Shown here one piece after another: positions 25,691 through 38,864 of a DNA stretch of 64,000 nt; position 1 is the stretch's first letter, and each line of letters opens with the position of its first letter. This DNA comes from Vicugna vicugna (lineage: Eukaryota). The translations under genes and the position numbers were made by a program. A model generated the notes under the pieces. It was given only the letters and a program-made list of their open reading frames with translations, had not been told where the DNA came from and ran no database searches. The DNA lies in assembly GCA_013265495.1 (NCBI GenBank), contig MU057711.1, forward strand, positions 2,306,844 to 2,370,843. The letters are read 5' to 3'.

Positions 25691-27099
25691 AGGGCATCAC
25701 TTCCTGAAAGAGGTGGCATTTATACTTGTCTTGGCAGGATGAGTAGCATTTTGACCATTCCTGGTGGCAGAAAGGCCTGAGCCAAGGCATGGCAGGGTGA
25801 GGCAGCTGGATTATGGGGTCAAAGGAGATCAGGATGGAAAGATGAATTGGGCCAGGTGTGTGTGTGATGGGGTCAAGAGGAGGAGCCAGGACTGGACTCA
25901 GGATTCACCGTGAAACCATGGAAGGTCTTTGACCAGGGCAGGCATGCAGTAGAGCCACGATCTAGGGTTTGGAACTAAGAGAACACCCTCTATCTGCCCA
26001 CTCTTGTGTTTGGCTTTAATTGAGCACTTACTGTGTGCTTTATACACATTTTTCACTTGACCCTCATGGCCTCCCAGGGAGTTGGATGATATCGTCTGGA
26101 TTTTACAGATGGGCTCCCTGAGCTGCCAAGATCATGTAACTTGGCCAAGGTCACTCGATGGGGGTCCTGACTGCAGGTCTTTTGGCCTCTTCACCCCACG
26201 TGCATGGGACAAGGGGTGGGGTTGAGGGTGAGTTGCCAGCCTTAGTGCTCAGACCCCCCTCAAGGCTCCTCTGGGGTGTGGTGAGCCCCCTAACTCTAAG
26301 GGAAAGAAAAAGATGAGGTGACTGTAGTACAGACGGTTTTCCTGCTCATGCCTTCTCCCAGAAATCTGCCTGCAGTTTGAAATGCACTGGGGTGCTGGGT
26401 TTCTTCCCGAGGGGGACGGGCTCCACATCTGGGTTTGTCAAACAGGGCCAAGCTGTTTGCTCAGCGCTCAGCATTATTTGTCTCTTGGCTGACTGCCAAA
26501 CGTGTGTGTCTTGTTTTTGCTGCAGTGTTATTCCTTCTTGCCCGCTGTTTCACCTCCTTGCCACTCTCTGTAGCCTACTGCCCCCATGCACCAGTCAGGG
26601 ATCGGCTGGGCCATCTCCTGGGCTGGGGACGCCCTGTCTCGGGAAGCCCCGAACCTCCCCTACCTGAGTGAGGTCTCTCTCCCCCAAGCTCCAGACCACC
26701 TATCTCGCCTTCATGGATGCTTCTCCCAGATCTTTGTGCCATGCCATTGGTGGGCATGTCTCAACATGGAGCTTGCCTGGCAGGGGCTATGTCCAAGTCA
26801 TACTTGCGCCCCCAGCACTAGTTGGGGGTCCTGTCCACGGGAAAAGGGCAGGTATTGCTGAGTGGAACAGGAAAGGGTCAGGCTGTGCTTTGTACCTGGC
26901 ACCTTGAGCGAACAGAAGCCGGTCTTCCCTGTCTGATGCGGAGAAAGCCCACAGCTGCCTTGGGGGAGTTTGTCCAGCAGGTTTGGGAGCACTGAGGCCA
27001 GGGCTTGGAGGTCTCAGGCAACCTCTACCAAAGAGGGTGTAGAGGGATGTGGAGCAGAGCTGTCTCTAGGGAAGCCCTTCTTTGCTTCTGGGGAGGGTC

Positions 27100-27320
27100 A
27101 TGGTGTGAGTGGTTGAGAGCACAGGCTGTAGAGTCAGACAGACCTGAGTTTGAATCCTGATTTTGCCTTTTTATTAAAAAAAATTTTGTTTTTAGCTGTG
27201 TGTGCTTGGGCAAGTGAGCAGCCTCTCTGAGCCTCAGTTTTCCTTTCTGTAGAATGGGCATAATGGCAGGCCCTCCTCATGAGGCTGTGCATGGTGCCCA
27301 GCACACAGTCAGTGTTTAAA
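27100..27320 (+). mobile_element. MIR SINE
   Basis: gagtcagacagacctgagtttgaatcct...ttgggcaagtg...ctctctgagcctcagtttcc...tgtagaatggg. Further MIR pieces at ~26020-26160, 33520-33640, 36640-36800, 42030-42120, 43455-43600 and 45630-45780. Confidence 0.8.
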
Positions 27321-28239
27321 TGCTGATCTCAGGGTGCGTTAGCCTGTGTGCATAGGTTCTGCCTGCTGGGACCTTGCACTTGGTATGAGGGATGGGGCAT
27401 CCACTGCCAGGTGGCCAGGGCTGGTGGTGCAGTAGGTCAGCAGGGAAGAGTTTGCCTCTTCTGAGGAAGGAGCTGGAAGGGAGGCCTGCAGAGAGCAAGG
27501 TGTGTCAGTGGGAAAATTGGGCTCTGTTCCCCAGTTTATTACTAAACAGTAGGGTTTATTGTCAGGAGAAAAGGTAAAAAATAATCCCAGGTCCCCAAGT
27601 GACATGCTCAGAAGGCTCCCTGAGGACCAGGCGGTATCCTCCCCGCTCTGTTTTGGGAAGTTTCTGCATGCCACTTCCCAGTCCTTCCTAGTCTGCTGCC
27701 TCACCACTGAGCACCCTGTGATCCCAGTAGGGAAACAGGCCTGGCAAAGCAGAAGGGGCTTGATTCCTGGCCTCCTGGGGCCCAGGGCAGCTGGGGTTCT
27801 CTGGGGGCTGTTTGGGACAGGAACTCTAAACATGGGCCTTGGTCTTGCCCTCTGGCCTGGCCCCAGCATGGGGACAGCTGTGAAATGGAGAGGCAGCAGG
27901 CCAGACTGGAGCCCTTTGACCTCTCAGAGATGGACGAGGCCCATCACTGTGTGGGTGGGAAACTGAGGCTCAGGGCCTATGTGAATGCCAGGCTGCTCTC
28001 GCTTCTAATTGCTCATTAAGGAGGCATTTACTCCTTGCCTCCAACCGTCATCACCAGGCTTCTAATGGAGGCTTTTGGCGCTTGTTTTATTTTTACTTTT
28101 TGAAAATTGTTCCAGCTTGAAGCCTCCAATTTCCATGAGGTCATTGGAACCAGCAGCCTGGTCTGACAGCTCCCCTCCACTCCTGTGGAGGGCTCCGCTG
28201 GGGCCCCCTGCACACCCCGAGAGGCGCTGAGCTGGGGGT

Positions 28240-28437
28240 TCAGTGTTAGCCTTTCTGCTGCTCCCGCCGCCAGAGCAGGAAGTGGTGGGTCCCAGAGGTG
28301 ACTCACTCTCATTAGGTAGCTGGTGGAAGGAGGCTTCACATGTGTGAGCCTGGACGCTGGCCGAGGAGGGGCAGGCAAGGGCCAGGCCACCTCTAAGTCG
28401 GCTCTGACCCTGGCCTGGGGCCTTGGAGGAGAGCCAG
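28240..28437 (+). promoter_or_regulatory. ADCY7: Candidate internal promoter and alternative non-coding first exon of ADCY7
   Basis: ETS CAGGAAGT 28276-28283 running into GTGGT (ETS:RUNX-like), AP-1 TGACTCA 28299-28305, and donor CAG|GTAAAG at 28437/28438. Confidence 0.5.
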
Positions 28438-31400
28438 GTAAAGTGGGGTATGAGTATGGGCGCCATCCGTCCTAGTGGCCTGGGCCTGAGGGGGCTGCTG
28501 GGCAGTCCCCCTCCCCACCAGGCGGGCCTGGCCTGGGAGCGGATGGATAGCATGTGGGTTGGAGGTGGGGGAGGCTTCTGGAGCCTGCTGGACCGACAGC
28601 CAGATGTCAGGGGGTGGGGGGGTTCTCCAGGACAAAGAGAGACACCTTGTCACTTGCTTTCTCAGCCTGACAAGAAGGTGCCGTTATTAACTGTGATGGC
28701 CTTGGTCCACCTGGAGTTCCGCATTTCTTTTCCAGGTTGTAATTTTACACTTTACTTTTCTCAGTGAAAGTAAAAGTTAGCAAGGGAAGGGCAACTGAAT
28801 TAATTTTGTTAGATCAAAAAGAATAAAAACCAAACTCTGAAAGTGATGTATGCCCAAGAGGCAGAGAACCAAGATGTCTCAGGAAAATGAAAGTCTCTCT
28901 TCCCACCCAAGTCTTCCCAGCCCAAGGTCCTGGGGACCACCAGCGTGGACCATGGGGAGTGGGTCCTTCTGGATCTTTCTGCCCCCTCATCTAAACACAT
29001 GTGCACAGACAGGGTGAAGCAGGCTCCTCTTTTCTGTGTTATCACATGGGGTTCTGGACAGCTGACCCACAGGGCTTCCTCCCTGGCCAGCCCTTGGGGG
29101 AGGGGTGAGGTTGGGGAAGGGGAAAGCAGAGGCCTGGGCTGGGAGTCTTGGAGACAGAGTCCCTGGCCCCAGGGCCTGGATGGGTGGCTGGAGTCCAGGC
29201 TGGCTCTGGCTGGAATGACTGTGACTGTGGGCTGTCACCGGCTCTCCTGGCCACAGCTGTGCTGGTGGACCTTATGAGGGGTGACTAGACCAGCATTTCT
29301 CAGTGTGGGGACCCTGCTCCTCAGATGGTTTCAGCCTGTATGTGGATGAACATGCTTACAATGTGCGTATTTTAATATATTTTAGGAAAAAAAATCTCTG
29401 TAAGTAGGACATTGAATCTGTGACTTCATGCATGTATTTCTGCCCCAGACAAGACTGAAGAAGACACTGAAATGAACTGGGTAGACTTAAGAGATGGTGT
29501 AAGGGGATTCGCTCTGCAGGAAGTGGGGGCATCTGTGTCGGGGAGCACAGTCTGGAGGGTCTGTCTGAGTACCCTTGTTTCTGACCGGGCTGCAGGCCTC
29601 CCCCATCCAGAGGGGCCTGGGGCTTCCTGGGGTTTTCCTCTGCCTCCTGGTGTAGGGGAGGGCAGGGATTCCTGGCCGGGGATGGTGTGAGCTTTGTTGG
29701 GGAAGTCTCCAGGGGCACTTCATTGAGAAGTGGCTGTTCGCTGGCGGCCATTTTCCCAGGGTGTAGGGGTCGGGTAGGGGCTGGTCTCTCAGGGCCTCTT
29801 TGCCAGGAGTGAATCTGGGGAGACGGAGTCCTCCTGTGGGCCCTATGGGAATGGGGGCTAGTGCCCTGAAGGCCTTGGCAGTTAGCGGGCTGCAGGAGTG
29901 GGGCCTCTAAACAGGCCCAAGGTGCTTTTCAGGAGGAGACAGAGGTCTGACTGGATGTCACATTGGGGATGCGCAGTCCCCTTTACAGGTTTAACCCATT
30001 CCCTGCCTCCCCTCACCCATCCTGTGTGGTGGTGTCATCTGCCCCCAGTTTACAGAGGAGAAGCCAGGGGCCCAGCAGGGTGCTGTCTTGTCCTGGGTCA
30101 CACAGTGAGCCGGTCCCCAGGGGCGACCACTCATGTCCACTGCTTCTCTTGGAGAGCTGCCAAGTTTGAGGCCTGGGAGATGGTCAGCACACGGTGCCTC
30201 ATCTTTGAAGAGGCTGTGAGGGTAAAGCTGAACAGGGAGGGCTTGTGTGGGGATCCTTACTGGAGTGTCTTGTCTGCACCCACCTTGGGGTGGCCAGGGC
30301 TGAGTCAGGGCTCTCACTCTGGCTGGGCTATGTGTTCTTGGACACGTGCTTGAGTTCTGCCTCAGCGGGGAGGTGGGAGACCCCACCCTCTGCATTTTCC
30401 ATGACTTGCCATCCCATCATTACTCAGGGTCATCCAGGGGTGGCTGGTGGCCCGTCCCTCAGCGCTGTCCCTTACCTCTCTTCTCCTGTCCTGGGGCACA
30501 TTCACGCTGAACTGAAGGCCACTTTCCACATCCCATTGTCCAGGTGAGGGCAGTACACAACTTGGCCAGGAAAGTTCCAGGACCTCCGAGGGAGCAGGCA
30601 GAGCGGGTCACACTGGACTCCTGAATCAGAGCCGCCGGTTCTAGCCTTCCATGGGGCCGAGTGTCAAGGATGAGATGGAGGTGCTGATGGTGGATCTTTG
30701 GGGCATTTAATGTCTTTAAAAAGACTTATGTAGCCAAGAGCTGAGAGTTTGGCTCAGTGAATGAACTGAATGGCAGCCAGAGAAGCAGGATCTTCTGGAG
30801 GTCATCGGGTCCAGCCCTCTCCCTCCAGGCAGAGCCAGATAATGCTCAGGTGGTGGCCTGGGTTCAAGCCCCACCATGCCTCCTTCTGGGAGTGCCCAAG
30901 ATGAGCAAGGGATTGAGCCAGTTCCTCGCATCTTTAAAACGGGCTGCTCGTGGTACCCGGTGTGCAGGTAGTTGTAGGATTAAACAAGGGGGTGTACATG
31001 GTGCAGCTGGCACAGAGGAGCCACTACCCAATGGGAGGTGTTTGTCATCTTCACTGTCAGGGGGCTGGGTTTGGGGCTCTCCTCTGCCCCATCCTGCCTT
31101 GGGTGGGAGGGTGGACATCCCTGGGAGAGGGTACCTGGGAGGTGAAGGTGGGCAGGGCCAGCCAAGGGGTCTGACTGAGGGGCCTCCCTGGTAGCCTGTA
31201 GCCCTTGGGCTGATCGCTGTCTCTCTATTCCTCAGTGTCTTCATCTGTAAAATGGCAGTGTGCAGGCAGGGTGCCGGAAACATTAAATGCATGAGAAAAA
31301 TGCCTCCCAGACACCTGAGACCAGCAGGCTCAGGCCTAGAGGTTCTCAGCAGTGGCGAGCCCCCTAGCCTGTGTGTGTGGAATCCTGCCAGCCCCCTCCT

Positions 31401-32449
31401 CTGCCCAGGGGCCCTCTGGCTCTGCCCCTACCCTCCTAGCCAAGCCTGATTGCCCTCCACTCACCTGCCTGTGGCTCCGCCTGCCACCCCCAACCAGAGA
31501 GGGTGGCACGGTGCCCACCTGACAGCCATCGGCATCCGGCTCGACTTGCCACTGCCCATGGATTTCACAAGGTGCTACGTCATGGCTGGGGCATTGCCCA
31601 GTCCCGGGTGCAGACCTGCTGGGCAGAAACGCCTCCATTCCCTGCCCTCTCCTTTCCCTACCCCCTAACCCCCTCCAAGCCTTTGTAATAGGAAAAAAGG
31701 TGTCAGGATGGGGTGGGGTGTGAGCCCTAGACCAGAGGTGGGCTCATTTCCTCTTTGGTGACCTCCTCTCTGTGACATCTGGGATCATCCTTTCTCCCGC
31801 CATCTGCTGGTGTCTTTGATGTGTCTGTTTCACGAGCACCGACTACGTGCTCTGCTGGGAGATAGACGTGAGCCCACTCTGTTGTCAAGATGGGATGGGA
31901 TGGCTGATCTTGGGCTCTGGAGAAGAGGCCTGTGGGGTTCCTGCTTCCTCTAACATACACATCAATAAGCTCTTCCTGTCTGGTGTCACATTTGTACCCC
32001 TTCTCTTGGCTTCTGGGCCCCTCCCGGTCCTGGTCCACCCTCTCTCTCCAGTTCTGTGTCTTGTGACCTCTCATGCACTCTGGGTCCGCTTCCTGGCTTG
32101 GTCAGCAGACTGGCTTGCCTCTTTCTGCCCTTTGCCGAGCAGTTCCTTCTACTTGGAGTGCTTCCTCACCTCAGATGCCCTCTTGCCTTGTGTTACAAAG
32201 AGGGGCTCCCTTTTCAGGGGTCCTTGGGCTCAGGAGAAGAGGGGGCTCAAGTGTGTCTGGTCCACCCCCTCCCCTGTGTTGAGACTCCCGTTTGGCTGGT
32301 GCCGGTGCTGAGCGCGCCAGGAGCACCCTCCTCTGTCCCTCACTCTCTTTATGCCTCTGTGTGCCAGCCCCCCTTGACCACTAAAAGAGATTACCCTGCA
32401 ACTGTGCCTGAGGGAAAAGAAACAAAATTGAGGTCTTTGTTTCATGACC

Positions 32450-32534
32450 CTGGCCCCCAAGGCCCCTCCTCTGGCCCCCAAGGCCCCTCCTCTGTCCCTG
32501 AAGGCCCCCCCTCTGTCCCCCAAGGGCCCCATCT
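32450..32534. repeat. 21-bp minisatellite, ~4 copies (ctggcccccaaggcccctcct)
   Basis: Two identical and two diverged tandem units read directly. Confidence 0.9.
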
Positions 32535-35500
32535 GGCTTTCTCATGGGCCCACATGGAGGTGATGGGGTGGGAGTGCTTGTGACCCAGGGGACCTCGTGC
32601 CTACTTGGGGTGGCAGGCCTGGCTTTTGGGAGGAGTGAGGCCCCTGGGGGTGATGCAGTAGGTGGTGCCCTGACTCACCTCACAAGACCCTGAGTACCTG
32701 ATTGAGGCTTCAGTCTTCTTGCCCCTTGGAAGTGGCCTAGTCTCCACCTCAGGTGCAGCTGACTTGGGTCAGCGGTTCCTGGCATCACTGGCTGGCTGAG
32801 CAGGGAGAGGCCCAGGGTCCTGGGGTAGGGCCCCTCTCTGCACAGGTGAGGAAGCTGACGCCAAGAGGACTACGCAGCCTCAGGGCTGGTGTGCTCTCCT
32901 GGTTGGCAGGGAGGCACGTCTCCCCTGGCTCACTCGTGGGGGATGTGGTCGTCCCCTCCTCCTGGCCTCAGTCTCCACACCTCCCCATCTCAGGCTGACT
33001 GCCTCCTGTGCACCTCCCTGCCACGTGGGCCAGAGACCTCCTGAGTCTGCCCATCCCTGCTCCTAGTCCCCCAACACCTGTCTCCCCTGGGCTCCATCCA
33101 GCTGGAGAGGAGGAGCCCTGTGAATTTGGCTGGAGGCATTGCTTTAATGGGGTCCTGGGCTGATGGGGAAACACCCAGACTCCCTGGAGTCACTGCTCAG
33201 CTCCCTTTAGGAAGGGGTGCCTTAGTGCCAGGCCGGGGCTGGGGCAGGGGCTGGCTCTCGGGCATCCCTTTGTCAGACCCCACTTGCTGGGCAGGGGAGC
33301 AGGGGACGAGAAGCACTTATGGGGGCTGACAGGAAGTGAGGCCGAGACCCCTGAGGCTTGAAGTGTGTCTCCTGGGTCTTTGTTGAGGTCTGCATTGCAG
33401 GTACCCTAGTCCTCAGCTGTGTTCCTGGCCCCCAAGGCCCACCTCCTCTCACTTTCTTCTGGGCCTGACTGGAGTTGATGGGGTGGGAGTGGTTTCTCAG
33501 GCTGCCCACCCCTCCATTCGGCAGATGAGGAAATGGAGGCCCAGAGAGGTTAATTAACATGCCCTAGGTCACACAGCTCCTCTGATGTGGAGCTGGGGGT
33601 CTCCCTGTTTGGCCTCAGAGCCTGTGCTCTCAACAACTAGGCTTTCCTGCCTCCCTGGCTGCCTGGCCTGAGGCTGGGTCCTTGCCTGCCCTGGCATTTC
33701 CTTTGCTCATGTGGCTCGTTTCGCACATGCCCCTCCCCTCCCTGCAACATGGGCTCACAAAAGACCCTGCATCCGTATTGTTTGTGGTAGCTTCAGCACC
33801 TCACCTGGTACCTGGTGTGGACAGGAGCCTACCTGTTGGATGGCGGTGAGGGGGACTTAGGCTGGGGCCTTTGTCCCTGTAGTAGAAACAATACAGCAAG
33901 ATCAGCCCCCTTTCATGTGCAAAGTTTCTGGATTTATAAGTTTTCATAGCCACAAGGTCACTTTACTGCCAGAACAGGCCAGGGAATAGGAAAGAGTTTC
34001 ATCTCCATCACTCAGGTGAGAAATCAAGGCCTGAGAGGCAGGTGGCCTGCCAAAACTCACACAGACGGGACTAGGGACACTAGGATTGGGGCCCAGGCCC
34101 TGACTGCCCGTTCAGGGTGGGCTGTATTTGACTTAGTCCATGGGTTTGGGATTTGGGTGTCCCCTTTGTGCCAAGCAGTGTTGGGTTCTGGAAGTGGAGC
34201 AGGGCATGGCCAGACATCAGCCTTGGGAGAGGTGCCACACAGTCAGGCAGTGACAGGCCAGGGGCCCTGTGCTGTGGAGGGAAGTGCAGGCACTGAGTCC
34301 AGGTTGGGCAGCCCTCCTGGAGGAGGTGGCAGCTCAACCTGGCTCTGAAGGGCAGGCAGGAGTTTGCCAGGCAGAGGGAGTTTGGGGGTGAGGAGGTAGG
34401 CAGTGCTTTTAGGCTGCCAGAGCCTGGAGACGAAAGGGTGGGGCTTGTTTGGGGAACCGAAATAAGTCAAATCACACAGCCGCGAAGGCGGCTTCAGGAA
34501 GCCCTGGAGGAGTTTGTTGGCCGAGGGTGAGCAGGACTGGGCTCATTGTTCTTGGGGTCTTGGTCAGGTGTAGGGAGTCCTGGTGGGAAGTCCCAGGGGA
34601 GGCCTGGGCTTGTGGGGCACGGGGCTGCCATGGACGGAGGCTCCATCACAGCGGCTTCTGTGCCCAGTGGAGCCTAGCTCCGGAAGGCAAGAGTTTGTGG
34701 ATGGAAGGAGTCACCGAGCAGGAGTGGGGGGTTTGGGGGTTTGGGCTCCGGAGACAGCCTTAGGGAGGGGCTCCTAAGCCCCTGTATTTGCAGCTCCGGA
34801 AGCCAGGCTGTGGTTTTGAGGGGTGTGGGAGAGGTCGGCTGGGGCTGCTTCCCCTGCAGAAGGGCGCTTCCGGGCTCTGGTCCAGGCTTCACCAGGCAGC
34901 CCTCCAGCCCCACATGCGCCCTTGGCCTCGCACAGGTTCTCAGGAAGCCTTGGGGAGGTGGGGGTTCTCAGCACCTTGGATCAGGGCCAGGCACCCTGGC
35001 ACTTTGGGAGTCAAATGGGGGACCTTTGGGCTAAGTAAGCAGTGGCTCCAGGAGCCTGAGTAGACAGTGATGCCTCGCTGGGCTCCACGGATGTTGGGGG
35101 AGGCCATGGCCCCAGCAAGGCCTGCGGAGGTCTGTGTGGGGTGCCTTTCCCACTGGCCCCACTGTGGCTAGCTTCCCTAGTAGTCTGAGTGAGAAGGGAC
35201 CTCCCAGACCCTGGGGGCCTTTCCTCACCCCCCACCCCCCCGCCCCAAGGAATCAGGCCCCGAGAGGGCGAGAGGTGGAGCTGGGCTGGCCCTTAGGTCT
35301 CCTGACTTTCGACCCAGGGCTCTATCCCTTTTTGCCTCTGGCAGGTGGGGAGACCGAGGTACGGAGTGGGAGCACTTCCCTGCGTTGCTCGGCGAGGCAG
35401 GAAGTACGACACGAGGGTCTTTCCTGGTCGGTGTTTAGTGCTCTTTCCTGCTTTCTCTTCCCCAGGGCACGTTGCTTCCCCAGCTGAAAACTGCCTGCGG

Positions 35501-36866
35501 GCAGGGGCCAGGCCTCTCCTCCAGTCTTCCGCCTCCCCCACCCTGGGGGCCAAGCTCAGCCCAGCCTAGGGTCGGGTGGAGGTCGGGGAGTGGGGCTCCA
35601 GCCTGAAGGAACTCCCAGGCTGTCAGAGAAGGGGCAGATACTGGCCTTTCTGGGCTACAACTGCCCAGGGAGGCTTCTTGAGGGAGGAGCCCGGAACTGA
35701 GTCCTAGAGATGCTCAAGTCAGCATTTCCCACAGGGGATTCTTTAGAGATTTAATGCAAAAAGAGCTTCTTGAACCAAAAAGACTGGGAAACGTTTAGCT
35801 ATGTTTATTAATCCAGCAGCTTTCTTTCCTGCTAATTTGCTAATGTGTCTTTAGAGGAGGAGGAGGAGAATGGTAAGCCCAGTGCTGCCTGTGACCAGAA
35901 ACTGGTGGGTGTGTGTAGCTCTTCACGGCCTGCTGTAGGGCAGATCGCACCTCAGGAAATGCAGGCATAAGGTTAAGAAGGAGCCTGGGCCTTGAAGTGG
36001 GCAGGTCAGAGTTTAAATCCCAGCCAGGGGGCTTGGGACGAGTAGGTTAGGATCCCAGAGTTGGCTCCCCAGGCTGGAAATATAGTGAGCGCGCCCCTCC
36101 CTGGGGTTCAGGATGCCAGGGCCTTGCCCGCTCCCAGCAGGTGCTCAGAGGCTGGCAGGTTGGGGATGCCTTCTGGCTGGTTTCCTGCCCTCTCAGTGTC
36201 CCCGCTGGATTCACAGTTTGCACAGCCTGTCTTGAGGGCTGCTTTTCTCCTCTCTGCAGCCCTAGAGACTTTGGGGTGAGGACCCAGTGCTGCCGGGGAT
36301 GCTGCCCAGAAGCTATCTGTGGCTCGGTCCATATCCCTGCTTTCCCTGACCCAGCAGATGGCTGCTCCCTTGAGTCCCAGTAAGGTGCCGCGTGGGGGCG
36401 TCAGTCTGTGATGCTGCTCATGCCCCCAGAAGGCGGTCCTGAGGTGCTGACACTACTGTGTCCACCCCAGAGGCCAGGCCACTTCTAGAGCAGAGCTGGG
36501 GGGAGACCAAGGCTCCTTGACCCCTCCGGTGCTGTGGTCTGTGACAGGGTCAGGTGGAGGGGAAGGTTCTGGGCCCACCCCCCAGACCTTGCGGCCCTTT
36601 CTGCAACTTGATAATACTTGTCACCTTGACTTCGGCACCTTGTGCCAGGTGCAGCCCCACACTCCACCTGCATCATCTCCACTGAATCCCCTCAAAGCCC
36701 TGGGCGGTCAGAACGTTATTCTCCCTTTTTCCAGGTGAGGAAACTGAGGCACAGAGAGGCTAAGTAACCTTTTCAGGGTCATGCAACTTAGACGTGATGG
36801 ACATGGGGCTTATTTTTCTTTTCTTCTCTTTTTGTTTATGGGTTCTATTTATATGTGTATGCACCT

Positions 36867-36890
36867 ACACACACACACACACACACACAC
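36867..36890. repeat. (AC)12 microsatellite
   Basis: Read directly from the sequence. Confidence 0.95.
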
Positions 36891-37034
36891 CAACAAACAT
36901 TCCAGGAACATATCTTTATATACAATATATAACAATACATGTTATTGTATTGTAGTGTCACCTGAGTTATCAATTGCTTTATGTTACCCTTTGAGTTTTT
37001 CTATTAGGGTCTTTATTTTTTAGTTTATATGTTA

Positions 37035-38260
37035 ATTTTTTTTAAAAGCCCTTTATTGACATATGAGTGACAAACAAAAAGCCGTGCATATTTAATGTAT
37101 ACAACTTGGTTAGTTTACCCATGAACCTATCACCACAATCTATTCCAGAAACCTGTCCCTCATGGGCAAAAGCTTCCTCCTTTCTCTTTATTTATTATTA
37201 TTATTTTTATGATAAGAACGTGTAAACTATATCATTTTAGAGACAATTTTAAGTATACAATACAGTGTTGTTAACAATAGGCACTATGTATATGGTAGAT
37301 ATTGTTTTTCCTATTGAAAACAAAAAAAATTGCACAAGCTACATTGTGATAATAGAAATAGAAATTGAAAATGAGAAGATTTGTTCACTCTGCCAAAGCA
37401 GCAGTTTTGATTTTTCTGTCTTGGTTCAGTCCTAATCCATTCTAGGTATTGCTGTTACTATGTGGATTTTTCACAGAATATCCTGTGATAGTATGGCTCA
37501 AGCTGATGCACCCTTTTTGACAGCTGTGTAGTATTCCATGTAAAGTATGTATTGTGATTTATCTTCACCAGACTGATAGACATATTGTTTGCAGTGCAAT
37601 TACAAATAATGCTGCAATGAATAATCTAGTACATACATCATTTCACACATGTGAAAGTGTTTGTAGGATAAATTACTTGCAGTAGGTTTGCTGGGTCAAA
37701 AGGTGTGTGCATACATTAGCGACGTTGTTAGATATGACTACACTGCCTGTCCCAGAGGTTGTGCTGAATCACACACCTGCCAGGAGCAAGTGTGGGTGTC
37801 TGTTTCCTCCCCTAGCCTGGCCAACACAGAGATTTATGAAATGCTTGATCTTTGCTTAATGGGTAGGTAAAAATGTTTTTTCATAGTTGTTTTAAATTGC
37901 ATTTCTCTTATGGGTGAGGTCAGCTTCTTTCTAAATGTTCAAGAGCCATTTGTATTGTTTTTCCATGAACTCTCTGTTCATACTCTTCTCTCATTTTTCT
38001 GCTGGGTTATTGGTCTTTTTGATTTGTAGGAACTCTTTACATATGAGGAAGATTAGCCCCTTGTGATAAGAATTGCAGATGTTTCCATAATCTCTTGCTC
38101 ATCTTTTGATTTTACTTTTAATAGTTTTTACCATGTAGAAAAAAAATTTTTTTAATGTAATTGAATTTATCAGTCTTTTCATTATGGCTTTTAGGTTTCA
38201 TGTCAGGTTAGAAAGGACTTATCCACTGCAGCATTATATGAAATTTCTTTCATGAGTTAT
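37035..38260 (-). mobile_element. Older L1 fragments (L1MA/MB 3' end at ~37035-37300; L1M ORF2/3' region at ~37500-38260)
   Basis: Antisense L1 motifs: tttaatgtatacaacttgg, tagtattccat, gctgcaatgaataat, ttaaattgcatttctct. Confidence 0.65.
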
Positions 38261-38690
38261 TGCTCACTTTGGAAATCATCCTGGTATAAATTATGACTCC
38301 AGCTTTCTCTCCCTCCTGGGATCTGCTGCCTCTTTAAATAGGTGACTAGCAGTGCAGGAGTTAGAACTTTTTTTTGGAGGGGGAGGTAATTAGGTTTATT
38401 TATTTTTATCTATTTTTTTCATTTTTCAGTTTTATTAGGTAGAATTGTTACAGTTTGATTGCACATTTCAATATATTGCATGTAAATACATATATACAAT
38501 ATACTGCATGTATTTTTTTAACTTTACATATATGTACTGATCATTCTTTTCTAAGAACAGATTAGAGCTTTAGCTTTTTAAACTTACATAGTTATCAAAG
38601 GAATAAAGTCAACCACAAAATAAGAATCAACAGAATACAGTACTCCAATCATAAATGACAGTCAAATGTGCTTACACATATTCAAGAAAT

Positions 38691-38836
38691 TGGTGGGGGG
38701 AGGGTATAGCTCAAGTGGTAGAGTGCATGCTTAGCATACACAAGATCCTGGGCTCAATCTGCACTACCTCCTCCAAAAATAAATAAATAAACCTAATTAC
38801 TATCCCCTCTCCCAAAAAAACCCCAACAAACAAAAA
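38691..38836 (+). mobile_element. tRNA-derived SINE (camelid Vic-1-like)
   Basis: A box TAGCTCAAGTGG, B-box-like GGCTCAATCT, A-rich tail, TSD AAGAAAT at 38684-38690 and 38837-38843. Confidence 0.9.
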
Positions 38837-38864
38837 AAGAAATCAATGATCTAAGTTATAAATA

